64,000 bases of DNA from Negaprion brevirostris. Taxonomy: Eukaryota. The position numbers and the translations under genes were made by a program. Where the stretch lies: the NCBI GenBank assembly GCA_030324005.1, contig JARDVH010000099.1:41515289-41579288 (forward strand), written 5' to 3'. Shown here in pieces: positions 51,750-64,000 of this stretch (position 1 is its first letter; each line of letters opens with the position of its first letter). The notes beneath the pieces are model-generated. The model was given only the letters and a program-made list of their open reading frames with translations. It made no database searches and was not told where the DNA came from.

Positions 51750-52179
51750 ACCTAACAGGTCTCTCTGTTCTGTACAATAGAAGAGAGAGATCTGCACAGG
51801 TGTGATTACACCCTCTATTATCAGTTGCCAGCTTTCTGGCGCGTCTAGGCCCCACCCACTCCCCTTGCTGGTAGGAAACAGATTTAGCAATCTTTTCTTG
51901 TAGAGCAGCAGAAGATTGGACTTGTGGCCTCACTGAAAAAAAGAGATCCGAACCTTTCCTGTTTTCACACTCATTCAGGACTTCAAATTTTTTTGGTAAG
52001 ATCACTCCAAAGTGTTTTCCAGACTGTCACTTAAGCTAACAGACAAGCTATCACATAAAAGATCGACATTGTGATGTGGAAGATCTTCAGATGGGTTGAA
52101 AAATCACATCTAATGGATCAAGGTAAAGTATATTTTACACTACTGAAAGAGTAATCTAGTAAAACAATGTAAATTGTTC

Positions 52180-52782
52180 GCTGGAGTGGGCGGAGTGAAG
52201 GAGCACTGAGTAAGGTAAGCGATTACCTTTAAAAACATTTTTGCGGGCTTTTTAATATTTACAGCTTTAAAACTGCAGAGGAAGTGGGTCGCGGGGATTC
52301 GTGGGTAAGGATTTTTTTAAAAACCGTGCTAGGTTTAAAAGGAGGCCTGCTGTAGACAGCGGGCAGTGGAGTGAGAGGGAAGCTGAGTGAGCTGCAAGGG
52401 CTTAGGAGAAAAGGGCCAGGTAAGTTTGACTTATAAACTGTATGTAGCAATTACTAAGGGGCAATAATGGAGGAGCACGTGATGTGCTGTTTCTGTATGA
52501 TGTGGGAGCTGGTGGACCCCAGGGCCCTTCCCAGTGACCATGTCTGCAGTAAGTGCTGGTTGCTGGAGGATCTCCAACTCAAAGTAGATGAGCTGGCCTC
52601 TGAGNNNNNNNNNNNNNNNNNNNNNNNNNNNNNNNNNNNNNNNNNNNNNNNNNNNNNNNNNNNNNNNNNNNNNNNNNNNNNNNNNNNNNNNNNNNNNNNN
52701 NNNNGCCATGATCTTGTTGAATGGCGGGGCAGGCTCGAAGGGCTAGATGGCCTACTCCTGCTCCTATTTCTTATGTTCTTAT
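52180..52782 (+). mobile_element. CR1 LINE with 5' UTR, ORF1 start and 3' tail (body collapsed in gap)
   Basis: ORF 52467 MEEHVMCCFCMMWELVD...HVCSKCWLLEDLQLKVDELASE is a CR1 ORF1 zinc-finger/leucine-zipper start. A CR1 tail follows the 100-N gap. Confidence 0.82.
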
Positions 52783-53707
52783 TAAATGTTTCATCTGTTT
52801 TAATTTTTTTTGTATCCACTGAAACAGCAGTTCTGAAGTATGTTTGTTTACTCAGTTATATGTAATTGTTTCCAGCTACCATAATAGGTCTGGAGTTCTG
52901 TTCATAAAGCAAATAATGAATGATGGGAGCATAAGGTGGGGGATGGAATGGCTACAGGGCCATGATTGATTGTCCCTGTCCTCCATGATCTGATGGGTTC
53001 ACTCCCACAATCAACTGATGCTCCCAAGATCCAGTGATATTTCACACCTCATGTTCTAGTATCTCCCCTGTTGCAATCCTCACCCTCCCTACTTCCCTCC
53101 TCTCCAGTTCCGAGCTTTATTTAGTAGACCTTCGCACATGACCATCTCTCAATCTTGATTAATGCTAGACCAGAAATTAAATTCAGCAGGACATTCACCT
53201 TTCCCCACATTTCCTGGCTGCTGATGGGATTCCCTCACTGCCAATAATAGAGTTTCATCAAAGATGAAGCAACAACATATTTGGAACTTTGGGGATCAGA
53301 GTAGCAAGATGTTGCAGAAGTGGCAGTAATTTGAGATTGAACTTGAAGAAATGCACAATTGTTGAGGGGGATCAATGCTCCAAAAAATATGATAGTACAG
53401 GAAAATCTAAGCAGACCTCATCAAGAAACTTAAGCCAAACAAACCTGCTGCAAAAAGCCAAAGAGCTGCTTGATATCCTATTAACACCTCAAGCTTAACT
53501 CCTCAGGGCCTGAATAAAGCCAATTACTGATGATGGAATGTGGAAATTATTTCAAATTCATAGCACCACACAGGAGCTACTGACCATTGCTTAAACAAAC
53601 ATAAGTACCAATATCTAAATTGCAGCTTTATCCAGAGTGTGATTAGGGGTAACATTTTTTTCTATTTTAATGACTACAGTAAGTTCTCAATTAATGTCCT
53701 GTTTTGA

Positions 53708-53890
53708 GTCACAGAATCCCTATAGTGCAGAAGGATGCCATCAAGCCTGCACTGATAACAATTTCACCCAGCCCCTATCACCATAGCCCCACATACTTAC
53801 CCTGCTAATCCTCCTAACCTACAGATCTTGGGACATTAAGGGGCGATTTAACATGACCAATCAACCTGACACGCATGTCTTTGGACCATG
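53708..53890 (-). mobile_element. HE1-type SINE 3' half
   Basis: cacagaatccctatagtgcagaagg...ccaatcaacctgacacgcatgtctttggac matches the tail of the 23335 copy. Confidence 0.7.
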
Positions 53891-54732
53891 TTAAGCAATG
53901 ACTACAGTACTTCCTTTCAATTTAATGTTACATTTCGATTCAACATTAAATTTTAAATGGAGCCGATATTTGCGTTTAGCTTTGTGGATTCACATTACGT
54001 TGTTTTATGCCAGCTACGATGCAAGGTTGTGTGACCTCATTAGCACCTCTGGATCAGCCTCTCCCGCTACCTGATCCTCTTGCTCACTTCCTCAAATGGC
54101 TTGTGGCTAACTTCTGTAAACCTGCAACCTGAAGCTGGACTCACTCCATAGGTTGCTTCCTACCTCTCACCACTCATCTCCCTAGCCCTCAATCATAGCG
54201 GGGGTTCAGGAGCTGGCCAGTGGAAAGGCTGGTGGCAAAAGCACAATTAGCAGAACTTGGAGGATTCAGGATCAGAAGTAATGGGAGGTAGAAAAACTTA
54301 GGATGTTTCAAGTTATTATTTATGAATACTGAAAAAAAAATTTAGCAATACACAGTATTTAAACTTAATGGGTAGAACTTAGTTTTAAGTTGTTTCCTGA
54401 GAGGAAAGGTGCTACAGAATTTAAATCTTACATTGGTTGCAATAATTCACTTAACATTACTTAAAATTGCACGTCTCAGAAGTGCAACTACAATGTTAAG
54501 CAAGGAATTACTGTGGTCAGCTTCAGGACAAGAAATATAATTTTTTTTTGGATACAATTACTTCAAACGTCATCCCCTCCCCGCATCAGTATTTACAAAC
54601 TCTTAACTTAAGCAATGTTCAGAATCTCAGTGTTAAGAATAGTGACTTGTCAATATGTTAGCATGACAATTATTTTCCAAGGAACAGAAGCTTTTTAACG
54701 GATTTTATTTCAAATTTTCTACAATGTCTTAC

Positions 54733-54836
54733 TGTAGTGGTGATTCAGACTCATCAGAAGGCTGATTTGGCTGTGGCGACGGTTGTCTCTTCCTCTCCTC
54801 TTCTTCCTGCCTCCTACGTACTTCAAGCAACTCCAG
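54733..54836 (-). CDS. SPTBN1: SPTBN1 exon, 104 nt
   Basis: ttacag|CTG...CA|gtaaga. Translates as LELLEVRRRQEEEERKRQPSPQPNQPSDESESPL. Confidence 0.94.
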
Positions 54837-56169
54837 CTGTAAGGATACAGAATGTAAGTGTTACATTTGTGAAATTTCAAATCATGAAGTCTATCTTTTG
54901 TAATTTTTAAATTTGTTTTGATTATGTGCAATTCAGAATGTGTTTTCTTTAATGCTAAATGTATGGACTGATTACAAGATTGTCAAGGTATAAATTATTT
55001 GCTTTATCAAATTAAAATTTCAGAACTTGTGAAATAAAATTGTTTGATGTTTCGGGAGTCTACCTTATCCCTACTGCACCCACAACTCTTAACCAACACT
55101 TGTACCATGCTGAGGTTGACTTCTGTAATAGCCTTCTCACTTCTACAAGCAACTCATTTAGAACATCATTACCCTCTTTATTTGCACAAGGTCCCACAAT
55201 TTCATGCCAGCCTTGTCAAGCTATACTGTACCCCAGAAAATTGACTTCAATGTCCTTAACCTCATCTTCAAATCATTCCTAAGCATCATCATTCTCAACA
55301 CGAGGACCTTCACCTGCCACATTTCCCTCTTATGCATGCTTCACTCCTCTGGCATTGGTTTACTTCTCATTTTCTTAATGCTCCTATTCTCAAAGCTTCC
55401 ACAACAACCGCCAATCCTTCCATCTTGCTTTCTTTCTCCCTGAATTCAAAAATCCAAATGCCCTTCTCTTAGACAGTGTTAGTACATGAACAATCTTTCA
55501 GCCTCTATTTTCCCCTCTATCTGATGCTCACTTTTTGTCATAATAAAGTTATTTTGCATGTTTATCTTTTAGTTAATTACTTCATGAAAATGAAATTCAA
55601 GAAATAGTTGCAAGTTAATGATCAAATATAAAAAGTGCAATCAAATTGTTAAAACACAAAACCAATTTTATGACCATCTTGTCTGAATTGCATTTGAGAT
55701 AATTCGAGCTTTATAAGATCATAAAAAATACATGTCATTGAAATCTCTTAAAATCCTTTACACAATTATTTGTTTTTGGAATAGACTTACTTTTAAGGGG
55801 ACAAATGCTATAGGGTCATATCGGCCATGATCCATAAAAAAAACAAGGTGAATGATGAATTAATCAGGTGATTTTTTTTTGTACTATTGGTTAGGGGATG
55901 AATATTGGCTAGGTCATCAGAAAACGTCCTGCTAGATTTCAAGTAAATGCCAAAGGACTTTTGTATCCATTTGAAGAAAGGTACCTCAATAGAGGACTGG
56001 CGAATCAGGCTAAATTAAGGCGTTTGATTCAAACATAACTTTCAAATCCAGAAACCACAATAAATCCAACTAGGCCAAGCTGACAAGTAATTTCAATTCC
56101 CAAAAAAAAGTGTCCCAGTTCCTCAATTGTTCCATAATTCAAAAGGGATTGTTTATTAAATATACTCAC

Positions 56170-56366
56170 TGTCGTCAGTCTCTCCAATGCTGAAAACCTT
56201 TCATCCCACGTAGCTGCCGATTTCTCAAATGCCTCATGTCTCTTAATCAGTTTCTCCACCTAGTCCACACTCTGACCCAATTCTCGACTTGACAGGTATG
56301 GCTCTTGGCCTAAAAGCCAGGCTTCTGCCACACCTGCATCTCTGGCAAACTGATGTACTTCCAATA
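56170..56366 (-). CDS. SPTBN1: SPTBN1 exon (partial repeat 17, tetramerisation site), 197 nt, with in-frame TAG at 56260-56262
   Basis: gcttag|TA ... ACA|gtgagt. Translates as [64 protein letters not shown]. Confidence 0.93.
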
Positions 56367-56650
56367 CTAAGCAAAGAAATTAAATTCAGGAGGAGAGTTC
56401 ACAAAGTAAAGATAAAATGCAATGGCAGAACAATAATATTCGTTCATTTCCAATTAACATCAGATGCAAACACTCAGACAAAATATTCGAAGAACTACTT
56501 GAGACATGAAAACTTTGCAATGTATAGTCAGAAAGATTGATCAAAAAGTTCTTACAATTCAACTGATTATAGGAAAATGTACATACATGTTGAAGTGCTT
56601 TGTTAAATATGAATCTGCTGTGAAAAAGGAATAATAGGTGAATTATTTAC

Positions 56651-56735
56651 CTAGTCTGAGCCACTCCCATCTGTCCTCCCACTTGTCAATCATTTCTTTC
56701 CTCTTATCTGTTAGTTGCAACAACTTCTCCTTAAT
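56651..56735 (-). CDS. SPTBN1: SPTBN1 exon, 85 nt
   Basis: gtacag|ATT ... CTA G|gtaaat. Translates as IKEKLLQLTDKRKEMIDKWEDRWEWLRL. Confidence 0.95.
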
Positions 56736-57297
56736 CTGTACGTGATCAAAGAATCAGTTAGAGAATAGGATAATTCTTACTGTTATTATTGTACACTTAA
56801 CAGCACATTCGTTCTGTTATGTTACAACTAAGTATAATCATGAAACATTCATGCAGAAACTGAGGTAAACATCTGTGCAGATATTGAGTTTCATAAAAGT
56901 TGTCATCGTCTCCTGAAATATCAATATGCATTGTGAGTCATTTCTGTGAACTTTCAATTCCTAAATTTCTAGTATGCTTCTACTCTCCATCTGGCAGTAT
57001 TTTACACAAGTGCTTGGCACACACTTTCAGTGCCCAAAATAGAGTGCATTCCAATCTCCAACACTGATCTTTCTTACGTTTTCATAAATCCAATTATTCA
57101 CTCAAACATTATCAAGAATATGACTAGAATTCTCATGTGTTCCAATAATTCAGTAAAACAAGCAATGTTTTTACAGCTGATATTCACAATGACCAAACAA
57201 TTCAGTCATGAGGGTTGACAAAATACAGTAATACAAAATGTGGCCAACAGTCTTGACGTCAAAGCTGAGCACAATATCTTGATAAAGGGAGTGCTAC

Positions 57298-57436
57298 CTC
57301 TTCAGATGCATAGTGCTTTCTTGCCAGGAGAGATTTTCCAAGTTCAATGCACGTTGTGAAACTGTCATTACGGGCATCAATTTCAGCTTTGATGCCTTGG
57401 TGATTGTTCATTAGCAATTCCACTGACGAAACATCT
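57298..57436 (-). CDS. SPTBN1: SPTBN1 exon (spectrin repeat), 139 nt
   Basis: tttcag|A ... GAG|gtagca. Translates as [46 protein letters not shown]. Confidence 0.96.
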
Positions 57437-57617
57437 CTGAAACAAGATAAAATATATTTATGGTTAATCATTAACAACTTAAGTTATATAAAACACCTCA
57501 TAGCAATTCATAGAAGCATAAATCAGCCAAATATGACAAGGTCAGAGAACAAAATACTAGATAATTATTATTAATAATTATACCTCTATTCTTTTCACCC
57601 CTAACTCAGCATTTTAC

Positions 57618-57862
57618 CTTGGTTTCTCCTGGGTCTCAATTTGTCGAATAACATCTTCCATCCAAAGCATCAGGTCACGAACCATACTAAAGAAGCGGAA
57701 CTTATCACCAGTATCAAAAAGCTTTGCCCTCCGAGCCTCACATGCATCAAGAAGTGTTTTCCATGCCTCCAACACTTCTGCTTCACGTTTCTGAATGTCA
57801 TCAGCCTTGTCACCCGCGTAAGCAGCCTGAAGACGAGCAGCGTCCTCCTGCAGCTGCCTTAC
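57618..57862 (-). CDS. SPTBN1: SPTBN1 exon (spectrin repeat), 245 nt
   Basis: ttacag|GTA AGG ... CCA AG|gtaaaa. Translates as [27 protein letters not shown]...[19 protein letters not shown]. Confidence 0.96.
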
Positions 57863-59305
57863 CTGTAACGTAACAATATGTTGGAAATGCACCAAAATCA
57901 TTTATTCTTACCCCCATTATCTTCATAACTGCCATAATACCTCTCACCCAAAACCTATGGTAAAGTTAACAATTACAAATGAAACCAGTAGCTTTGAGAA
58001 AGATAGCTAGGGACCATGAAATATGAAGCAAGCAGAATCTAATCACAGTATTTATGATAATCTTCATGCTAAAAGCACTATCCTTATTGTAAATTTCAAT
58101 TATGCTAATTTATGTAAATACCATACCTTGATTATATCATGTTAAATTGCACATTTTCCTTTTAAAGGAACAGAAAAGTTTAAACATCTCTAAGGCTGAC
58201 ATTCACTCAATTTCCTAGCTCTCATCTACAAGTGTTTTCAAAAGTTCCATTCTATTAAAGTGAGAAAACAGGGATGATAAAATTAATACCATAATTCCAT
58301 TTAATGTAAATTACCCAGTCATCTATCTATATGGCTGTACTGTAACCATCCCCTCCTCCTCAGTACATGTTGTAACCTTCAGATTTATTTTCAGGATCCA
58401 TTAAAACCATTTCACATATCTTTTAAGCTTCAACTATATTTGTTTTTTTGGTTAAAAATTAAAGGATCATAAATTAAAAGGTTTGCAACAATTTACAATT
58501 ACTGGGAGAGTACTTTCAGACAACAGTAGTAATTATTCTTTGAGAATATGAAATCAATTTCCTGGCATAGTTATTAAAACAGTTTGCTTTCAATTTAATG
58601 CAAGACAGCTTGATCTTCACTGTACGTGTGACTGCATAATGTTTGATGATAAAGTGAATTAAAATGTCATGATCCACAGGGTATCGAGTGGTAGTTTGCA
58701 GGTTTCTATGTTCACAGTGAGGCATCATATAGCGATGATGAGACGCTAACAGAAGACCTGCTGATTCCTCACAGAAGATAGAGAAATATCAAAGGTCTAA
58801 CAATCATGTACAGGTCTTGGCTTCCGATTTCAAAGTGATGTTGTGAGAGTGCTAAAGCAGGTTACCTACTCAGTACTTTACTTGGAGGTGCAGGCCAATA
58901 GAAGGAATAGAAATATTTCTCATCCTCAGTTATCAAAAAACATTGGTGGAAATGTGGAAGCAGGTCTTTCAAAAGTCACCTAGGTTGAATTTTTTAATGC
59001 TACTTAGGAGATTGGAATGGAAGAAAATAAACTAAATATATATTTGTAATAAATGTGCATGTTCTGAGAAGTGAAATGAAGAGTCTTGGGAATGACCATC
59101 CAGTAACAGTCTATACACTGAAAACTGTGATGGTTCAGGTTCAAGTGATCTTCAAAAGCAATGATACCACCTTGACTCCGAAGCACCAGTTATAGAAAAA
59201 TAAATATGCAACTACATTTTGGCTATTGAATATTCAATTAAAAAGGCTAACAAGCCCAAACTGTCTTATTAGTATTAATTATATTGAGTACATTTGATAT
59301 TTTAC

Positions 59306-59680
59306 CTGAGTGCCAAGAGCTTGAATGTCATGTTCAAATGTTGTATGCATTCTCTGCAATGCTTCCACAGTATTCTGATCTCGTCCTAGTTCCTCTGGCA
59401 GCTTCTTGTGCTTGTCTTGAATTCTTCCAAGGATCTCCTTAGCATCATGATAAAATTTGTGCAATTCATAAGAAGCTGCCAGAATCTGTGTTCTGGTGTC
59501 AATAAGCTCAAGGAGATCTGCCCAAGCCTCATTGAGTCCATCTTTCCATTCAGCAATTGTGGCAGCATCAGAATGTCCAGAATTGATCAGCTCATCAGCC
59601 ATACGGTTCACACTGTCAACTCGTTCCTGACCAATATTACCAGTATCACGGGCAAATTCACGGAACCTCTCTTGTAGCAT
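59306..59680 (-). CDS. SPTBN1: SPTBN1 exon (spectrin repeats, ankyrin-binding region), 375 nt
   Basis: ttttcag|ATG ... CAG|gtaaaa. Translates as [22 protein letters not shown]...[14 protein letters not shown]. Confidence 0.97.
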
Positions 59681-60204
59681 CTGAAAAGAAATATAAATTA
59701 TTAAAGCTTTTTAAAATTTAGTCACTTAGGTTTTAGATAAAGCTAGGTTGGAAGGCTGACTCTGACCTGGTCTAATCATCAATTTAAAATTCATCGGGGT
59801 TAACATGGGTGGGAATTGTGATGATTGATTGAGCCACATTGATTGTTTTTGAAGCAGGCACATACTATCTTATTGCTGTCTGTCCAGTTTTGGAGGAGTA
59901 AGCTTGTAGAAGTAAGCAACCAGTGTGATGGAGAAGGTCTGGTCCACATTTTGCTATTTTACTGCTGGGTCAGAAGTTTCTGCCCAGAGTAAAATAGAAT
60001 GGCAAATTTGTCAAAGGTCTGGTTCGGTTTGAGAGAGGGTCTGGGGGAGGGCTGGAGGAGGAGACCAATGTTCGTTTTAAGCGGTGTGCATGAGATAGGC
60101 ACGCAGCAACCTAGAAAACATTACTCAGGTTGATTACAAACTTTCTCTTTTAAGATACTGTTGTATAAATAAACAGCAAACAGAGCACCCAAGGTACTGG
60201 AGGA

Positions 60205-60530
60205 AACACAGGATAAGGACAAGAGGAGGAGTGTGGGAAGGGGAAAAATGGGGGGGATGGGCAAGGAGGAGGAAGAGTGTAGGAACAGAAAAAGAGAGGA
60301 GGAGGAGGAGGAGAAGAGGAAGATCAATGGTGGTATAGATGAGGGTGGGAGAGGGTGAAGCAGGAAGGTGGGGGAAAGTGAACTGAGAGGAAGAGATCTA
60401 GGAGGATGAGGGAAGGTGAAGGAGGAGGGTGCGGTGGAGAAGGTGGTGTAAGAGTAGCAGCAGCAGGGTTAGGGAGGAGAGGAACAGACAGAAACTGAAT
60501 GGCAAATGGAGTGGAAGGAGTTTGTGGGAG
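60205..60530 (+). repeat. Purine-rich (GGA/GAG) low-complexity tract
   Basis: gaggaggaggaggagaagagg... with a strong purine bias over ~320 bp. Confidence 0.8.
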
Positions 60531-60809
60531 GCCACATGTCCCAGTGACAGGATTCCAGGTTCGAAGATTGCATTAAAGCCCAAACAAATCCTCTAGTTTG
60601 GTTTCTGTACTGCTCAGAGGGATGTTATTGCTTCAGCCTCATCAGTTTTATGCATGGTTCTGAGGATGCGTCCATTTTGTGGGACCCACGGACTTCCCTT
60701 GCTGTCTTAGCAACAGTTAACTTTCCCAACTAGGACTCCTGGCCTTCCAAATATCAAATTTAATAGTCTTCAATGGTAAGCATTAATTGGGGATTCATCT
60801 GTGTTCATA

Positions 60810-61143
60810 TCATAGAACTCCTGCAGTGCAGAAGGAGTTCAATCAGCCCATTTAGTCTGCACCGACACTCCAACAGTGCATCTTGCCTATCCTCATAACC
60901 TCATGTTATTTACCCACTAACCTCCCTAACCTACACATCTGGGGACAATTAGGGCAATTCAGCATTGTCAATTAACCTAACCTATACATCTTTGGATTGT
61001 GGAAGGAAACTGGAGCATCTGGAGGAAACCCACGCAGCCACAAGGAAAATGTTCAAACTCCACACAGACAGATACCTAAGGCTTGAATTGAACCCAGGTC
61101 CCTAACTCTTAAGGCAGCAACGCTAACCACTGTGCCACCATGT
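60810..61143 (-). mobile_element. HE1-type tRNA SINE with CR1-like tail
   Basis: Reverse head atggtggcacagtggttagcgttgctgcc...gggttcaattc. The central domain and tail match the 23335 copy. Confidence 0.85.
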
Positions 61144-61523
61144 GGTATTATATATACACAGGTAATGGTCGAAATTGTGGGTTAATGGATCTTGAAGTAC
61201 ACAATATTTAAATGTGTGTCTATATATAAAAAAATAGTTTGCATGTGCATTAGGTCTAGGATCCAGTTCTATTCCTCACTGTTCGGTTTTCTGAAGTATA
61301 ACATCTACCTGGATCAATTTAGGTATTGTTTCAATTANNNNNNNNNNNNNNNNNNNNNNNNNNNNNNNNNNNNNNNNNNNNNNNNNNNNNNNNNNNNNNN
61401 NNNNNNNNNNNNNNNNNNNNNNNNNNNNNNNNNNNNNAATACAGTGGCCAACATCAATGATCAGGTATGTCCTAAATGAAGACAGGCACTATATTCACAA
61501 ATCAAGCAATGATGATCAACACA

Positions 61524-61581
61524 ATAAAATGTAATATAAACAAGCCTAATAAGAATAAAATGTAATATAAACAAGCCTAAT
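61524..61581. repeat. Short tandem duplication
   Basis: aataaaatgtaatataaacaagcctaat occurs twice, 30 bp apart. Confidence 0.85.
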
Positions 61582-61643
61582 CTTGATTATTCATTCAAAT
61601 TAAACTGCAGAATTTATAAAATATTTTTGAGAGAGATGTTTAC

Positions 61644-61848
61644 CGTAACATGCTCATAGTCCTGCCCAAGTTCATGCGATCCAGCGACCACCTCACGTTC
61701 AGCTATCCATTGCTCCAGATCATCCACCTCCCTGTTTAATTGGAAAAGGCGGTACCTCTCATCCAGTTTCCCTCTTCTCTCCTCAGCCAAATCTTTCAGG
61801 CCAGCATAAAGCTTGTCCACCTGGGACTGGCGCATGCTGATACGTTCA
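61644..61848 (-). CDS. SPTBN1: SPTBN1 exon (spectrin repeat), 205 nt; most 5' exon in the window
   Basis: ttttttcag|T GAA CGT ... ACG|gtaaac. Translates as [68 protein letters not shown]. Confidence 0.97.
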
Positions 61849-61958
61849 CTGAAAAAACAAAATGTGCCAAAAATTAATAAATAATAAGGCTTTTTATTTA
61901 AAAAATGTCAACCACTTCTACATGAAAAAACTAAGAACAAAGGCTAAGACCGTAGAGG

Positions 61959-62017
61959 GATGTCGGTTTTCTGCAATCACAGAGATGTCGGTTTTCTGCA
62001 ATCACAGAGATGTCGGT
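61959..62017. repeat. 25-bp tandem duplication
   Basis: gatgtcggttttctgcaatcacaga twice, plus a partial third copy. Confidence 0.9.
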
Positions 62018-62264
62018 GTAAGACATTTAAATCTGGTGGCACACTTGTTACCTAACCTGCAATATGAAGGCTCTACTTGACATTCACCTACTTTCACCCA
62101 GCTCTATGGTTATTTCTCCTCAATAACTGAACCATGACTGACACGTTTGTCAGTGGAGAATGCTGGTATTTGACCTCTGGTAACCACAGCTATCTTTCTT
62201 TTTGGCAGCTGTGACTTCAGCTACAGGAGCGTTTCCCCTTTGAACCCCATCATTAATCAGTTTT

Positions 62265-62372
62265 TGAGGAGGTAACAAGGAAATCAGATAAAGAAGAACC
62301 AGTGGACGTGATTTATTTAGATTTCCAAAAGGACTTTGACAAGGTGCCGCATAGGAGACTGTTAAATAAATG
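62265..62372 (+). mobile_element. CR1 RT fragment
   Basis: gtggacgtgatttatttagatttccaaaaggactttgacaaggtgccgcat translates as VDVIYLDFQKDFDKVPH. Confidence 0.8.
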
Positions 62373-62744
62373 TGATGTCAGCAATTATTTACATCTTAAT
62401 TTGATCCTTCCACAAGTTCACAAGTTTCATGCTGACAGTGACATATAATTCTTGATATGCACCTTATTTGTTAGATGAGTTTCATGACCCACTGATGATC
62501 ACAAAGTCAAAAACGTAGATGTCAGAAAGCTAAATTTCAACAGAATAATGAAACAAGGGCAAAATTAAATAAATGCACCTGAGAGATAACTAAATTGAAG
62601 AAAAAAGGACTATCTACCAATTTGTGCTCCTGGCATGCAGCTTCACCCGTGGGGACTATAGTAGGAATTTGGGCATGGAGGTCAAATAGGAAGATCTACT
62701 TATTAATTTAATAGATGGAAAATCCTGCAAGTCACATCTAAAAA

Positions 62745-62945
62745 TTGAAAGGTCACCGTAGTTCCAGATGTTCAGAGGCTGACAGGTGATGATTTTAAAC
62801 TGAGGATCACCACACCTCAGGAGAGAAGCAAGGTTGTGGAGGCAAGGCTTCATGAATGATCTCAGCTGGTACGGGAACTGAACCCACACTGCTGGCATCA
62901 GTTTATATTACGAACTAGTCATCCAGCCAACTGAGCTAACTGACT
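62745..62945 (-). mobile_element. tRNA-derived SINE (second family)
   Basis: Reverse strand gttagctcagttggctgg (box A)...gggttcagttccc (box B). A related head begins at ~63935 (+). Confidence 0.65.
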
Positions 62946-64000
62946 CGATAAGGTCACATCTACTTCTCTATCAAATATTAGATGTGTTCCTAGCAAGTGA
63001 AGCACTGGACTGGGAGCGTGAATTTGTAATATTCATAATACTGAGTGTGCAACATAAACTAAACTAATATATGTAAACTAAGTGAGCAAACCCAGCAATA
63101 AATAGGCCAACTGAAATAGGAAAAAACACACAAAATCTACGTAGTAAGAAATGAATAAGAACAATGGGGATTGGAATAAAAATATATTTATATATGTTAC
63201 TGAAAGACATTACAGACACAAAAAAAGTTAGGATTTCAAAAAGCAAAATAAGAATGGATTTAAACCATTATTCAATACTGCAATATAGCAAAATAGTAGT
63301 ACAAGAAGTTGTTTAGATTTTAAAAAGTAAAATAATTGTGCATCCAACTGGTCATCATTGTGTAACATTATTGGACACTGCTGGTTAATGTGGTACTTGT
63401 ATGAAAAAAGGGTGATAGAGCTCTTTTGAGCAACTGAGGCAATTTAGTCCAAGATCATTATTAAGAGAAAGCTAATTCAAAGCAATTTTAACTAAGGTTA
63501 TAAATAATTAGACATTATGTCAGAGAGCAACAAATGAATAGCAGCTAAGGTTTGGGCAAGGATGAAGAATCACATTAAGGAAGGAATGTGCCCATACGCA
63601 AGGTGCAATTACTACAATAAAATAGTAAAAAAACTGGAAGTAAAAACATGAACTTAATAGTTGGGCCTTTTTGGAACATATAGGTAACAATGCACTTACC
63701 TTGAGGATAATATTTAGAAAATCATTAAAAATCTTCCAAGCAGCTGCCTTTTATAGAAATATTTTCTTGTTGTTCAGGAATTGATTGTGGCACAAGCAGA
63801 AGTACCAGCAACAGACTAGACCTAAGTAGCGCCATGCAATACCCCTCTGGATAAAGTACCAGCTAAAATTTATTTAGTACAGGACTTCACAGAANNNNNN
63901 NNNNNNNNNNNNNNATGGGAGTGGTGTTGGTGGCATGGTTAGTTCAGTTGGCTAGATAGCAGTTGTGGGGTTCAGAATAACCCCAACACTGTGGGTTTGA

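Noticed and set aside
60121-60583. Ser/Leu-rich ORFs
   Set aside because: They are translations of the purine-rich low-complexity tract.
61959-62017. Short direct repeats (also 29150-29200, 26075-26120, 47319-47353 and 61524-61581) as a CRISPR-like array
   Set aside because: Only 2-3 adjacent copies without unique spacers, in a vertebrate genome. These are ordinary slippage duplications.

Overview
This is vertebrate genomic DNA, almost certainly a shark. The evidence is HE1-type tRNA-SINEs and the CR1, Penelope and Harbinger families typical of elasmobranchs. It comes from a gapped scaffold with many ~100-N gaps. Two host genes lie on the minus strand in the order known from human 2p16. The first is the 3' part of SPTBN1 (beta-II spectrin): 12 coding exons, 61848 down to the stop at 37384, plus the short Sigma2 read-through tail at 50500-50586 and a 3' UTR to ~36270. 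The second, ~34 kb downstream, is the CpG-rich promoter and first coding exon of EML6 (1540-1736). All 12 SPTBN1 exons have GT-AG junctions and join in phase. The intergenic region is mostly decayed transposons. It includes a Gypsy element split by a ~5.7 kb two-gene Harbinger transposon and two MITEs, a Tx1-type LINE flanked by a ~410-450 bp direct duplication, Penelope termini with hammerhead-like cores, CR1 fragments and SINEs. The best leads are: (1) an in-phase candidate third terminal exon of SPTBN1 at 46739-46948; (2) an in-frame TAG in the spectrin tetramerisation exon; (3) a recursive-splice-type CAG|GTAAGG exon start; (4) a 25-bp perfect intronic hairpin; (5) the giant target-site-like duplication. 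I found no clear wholly novel biological system. Repeat boundaries are approximate and were read by eye.
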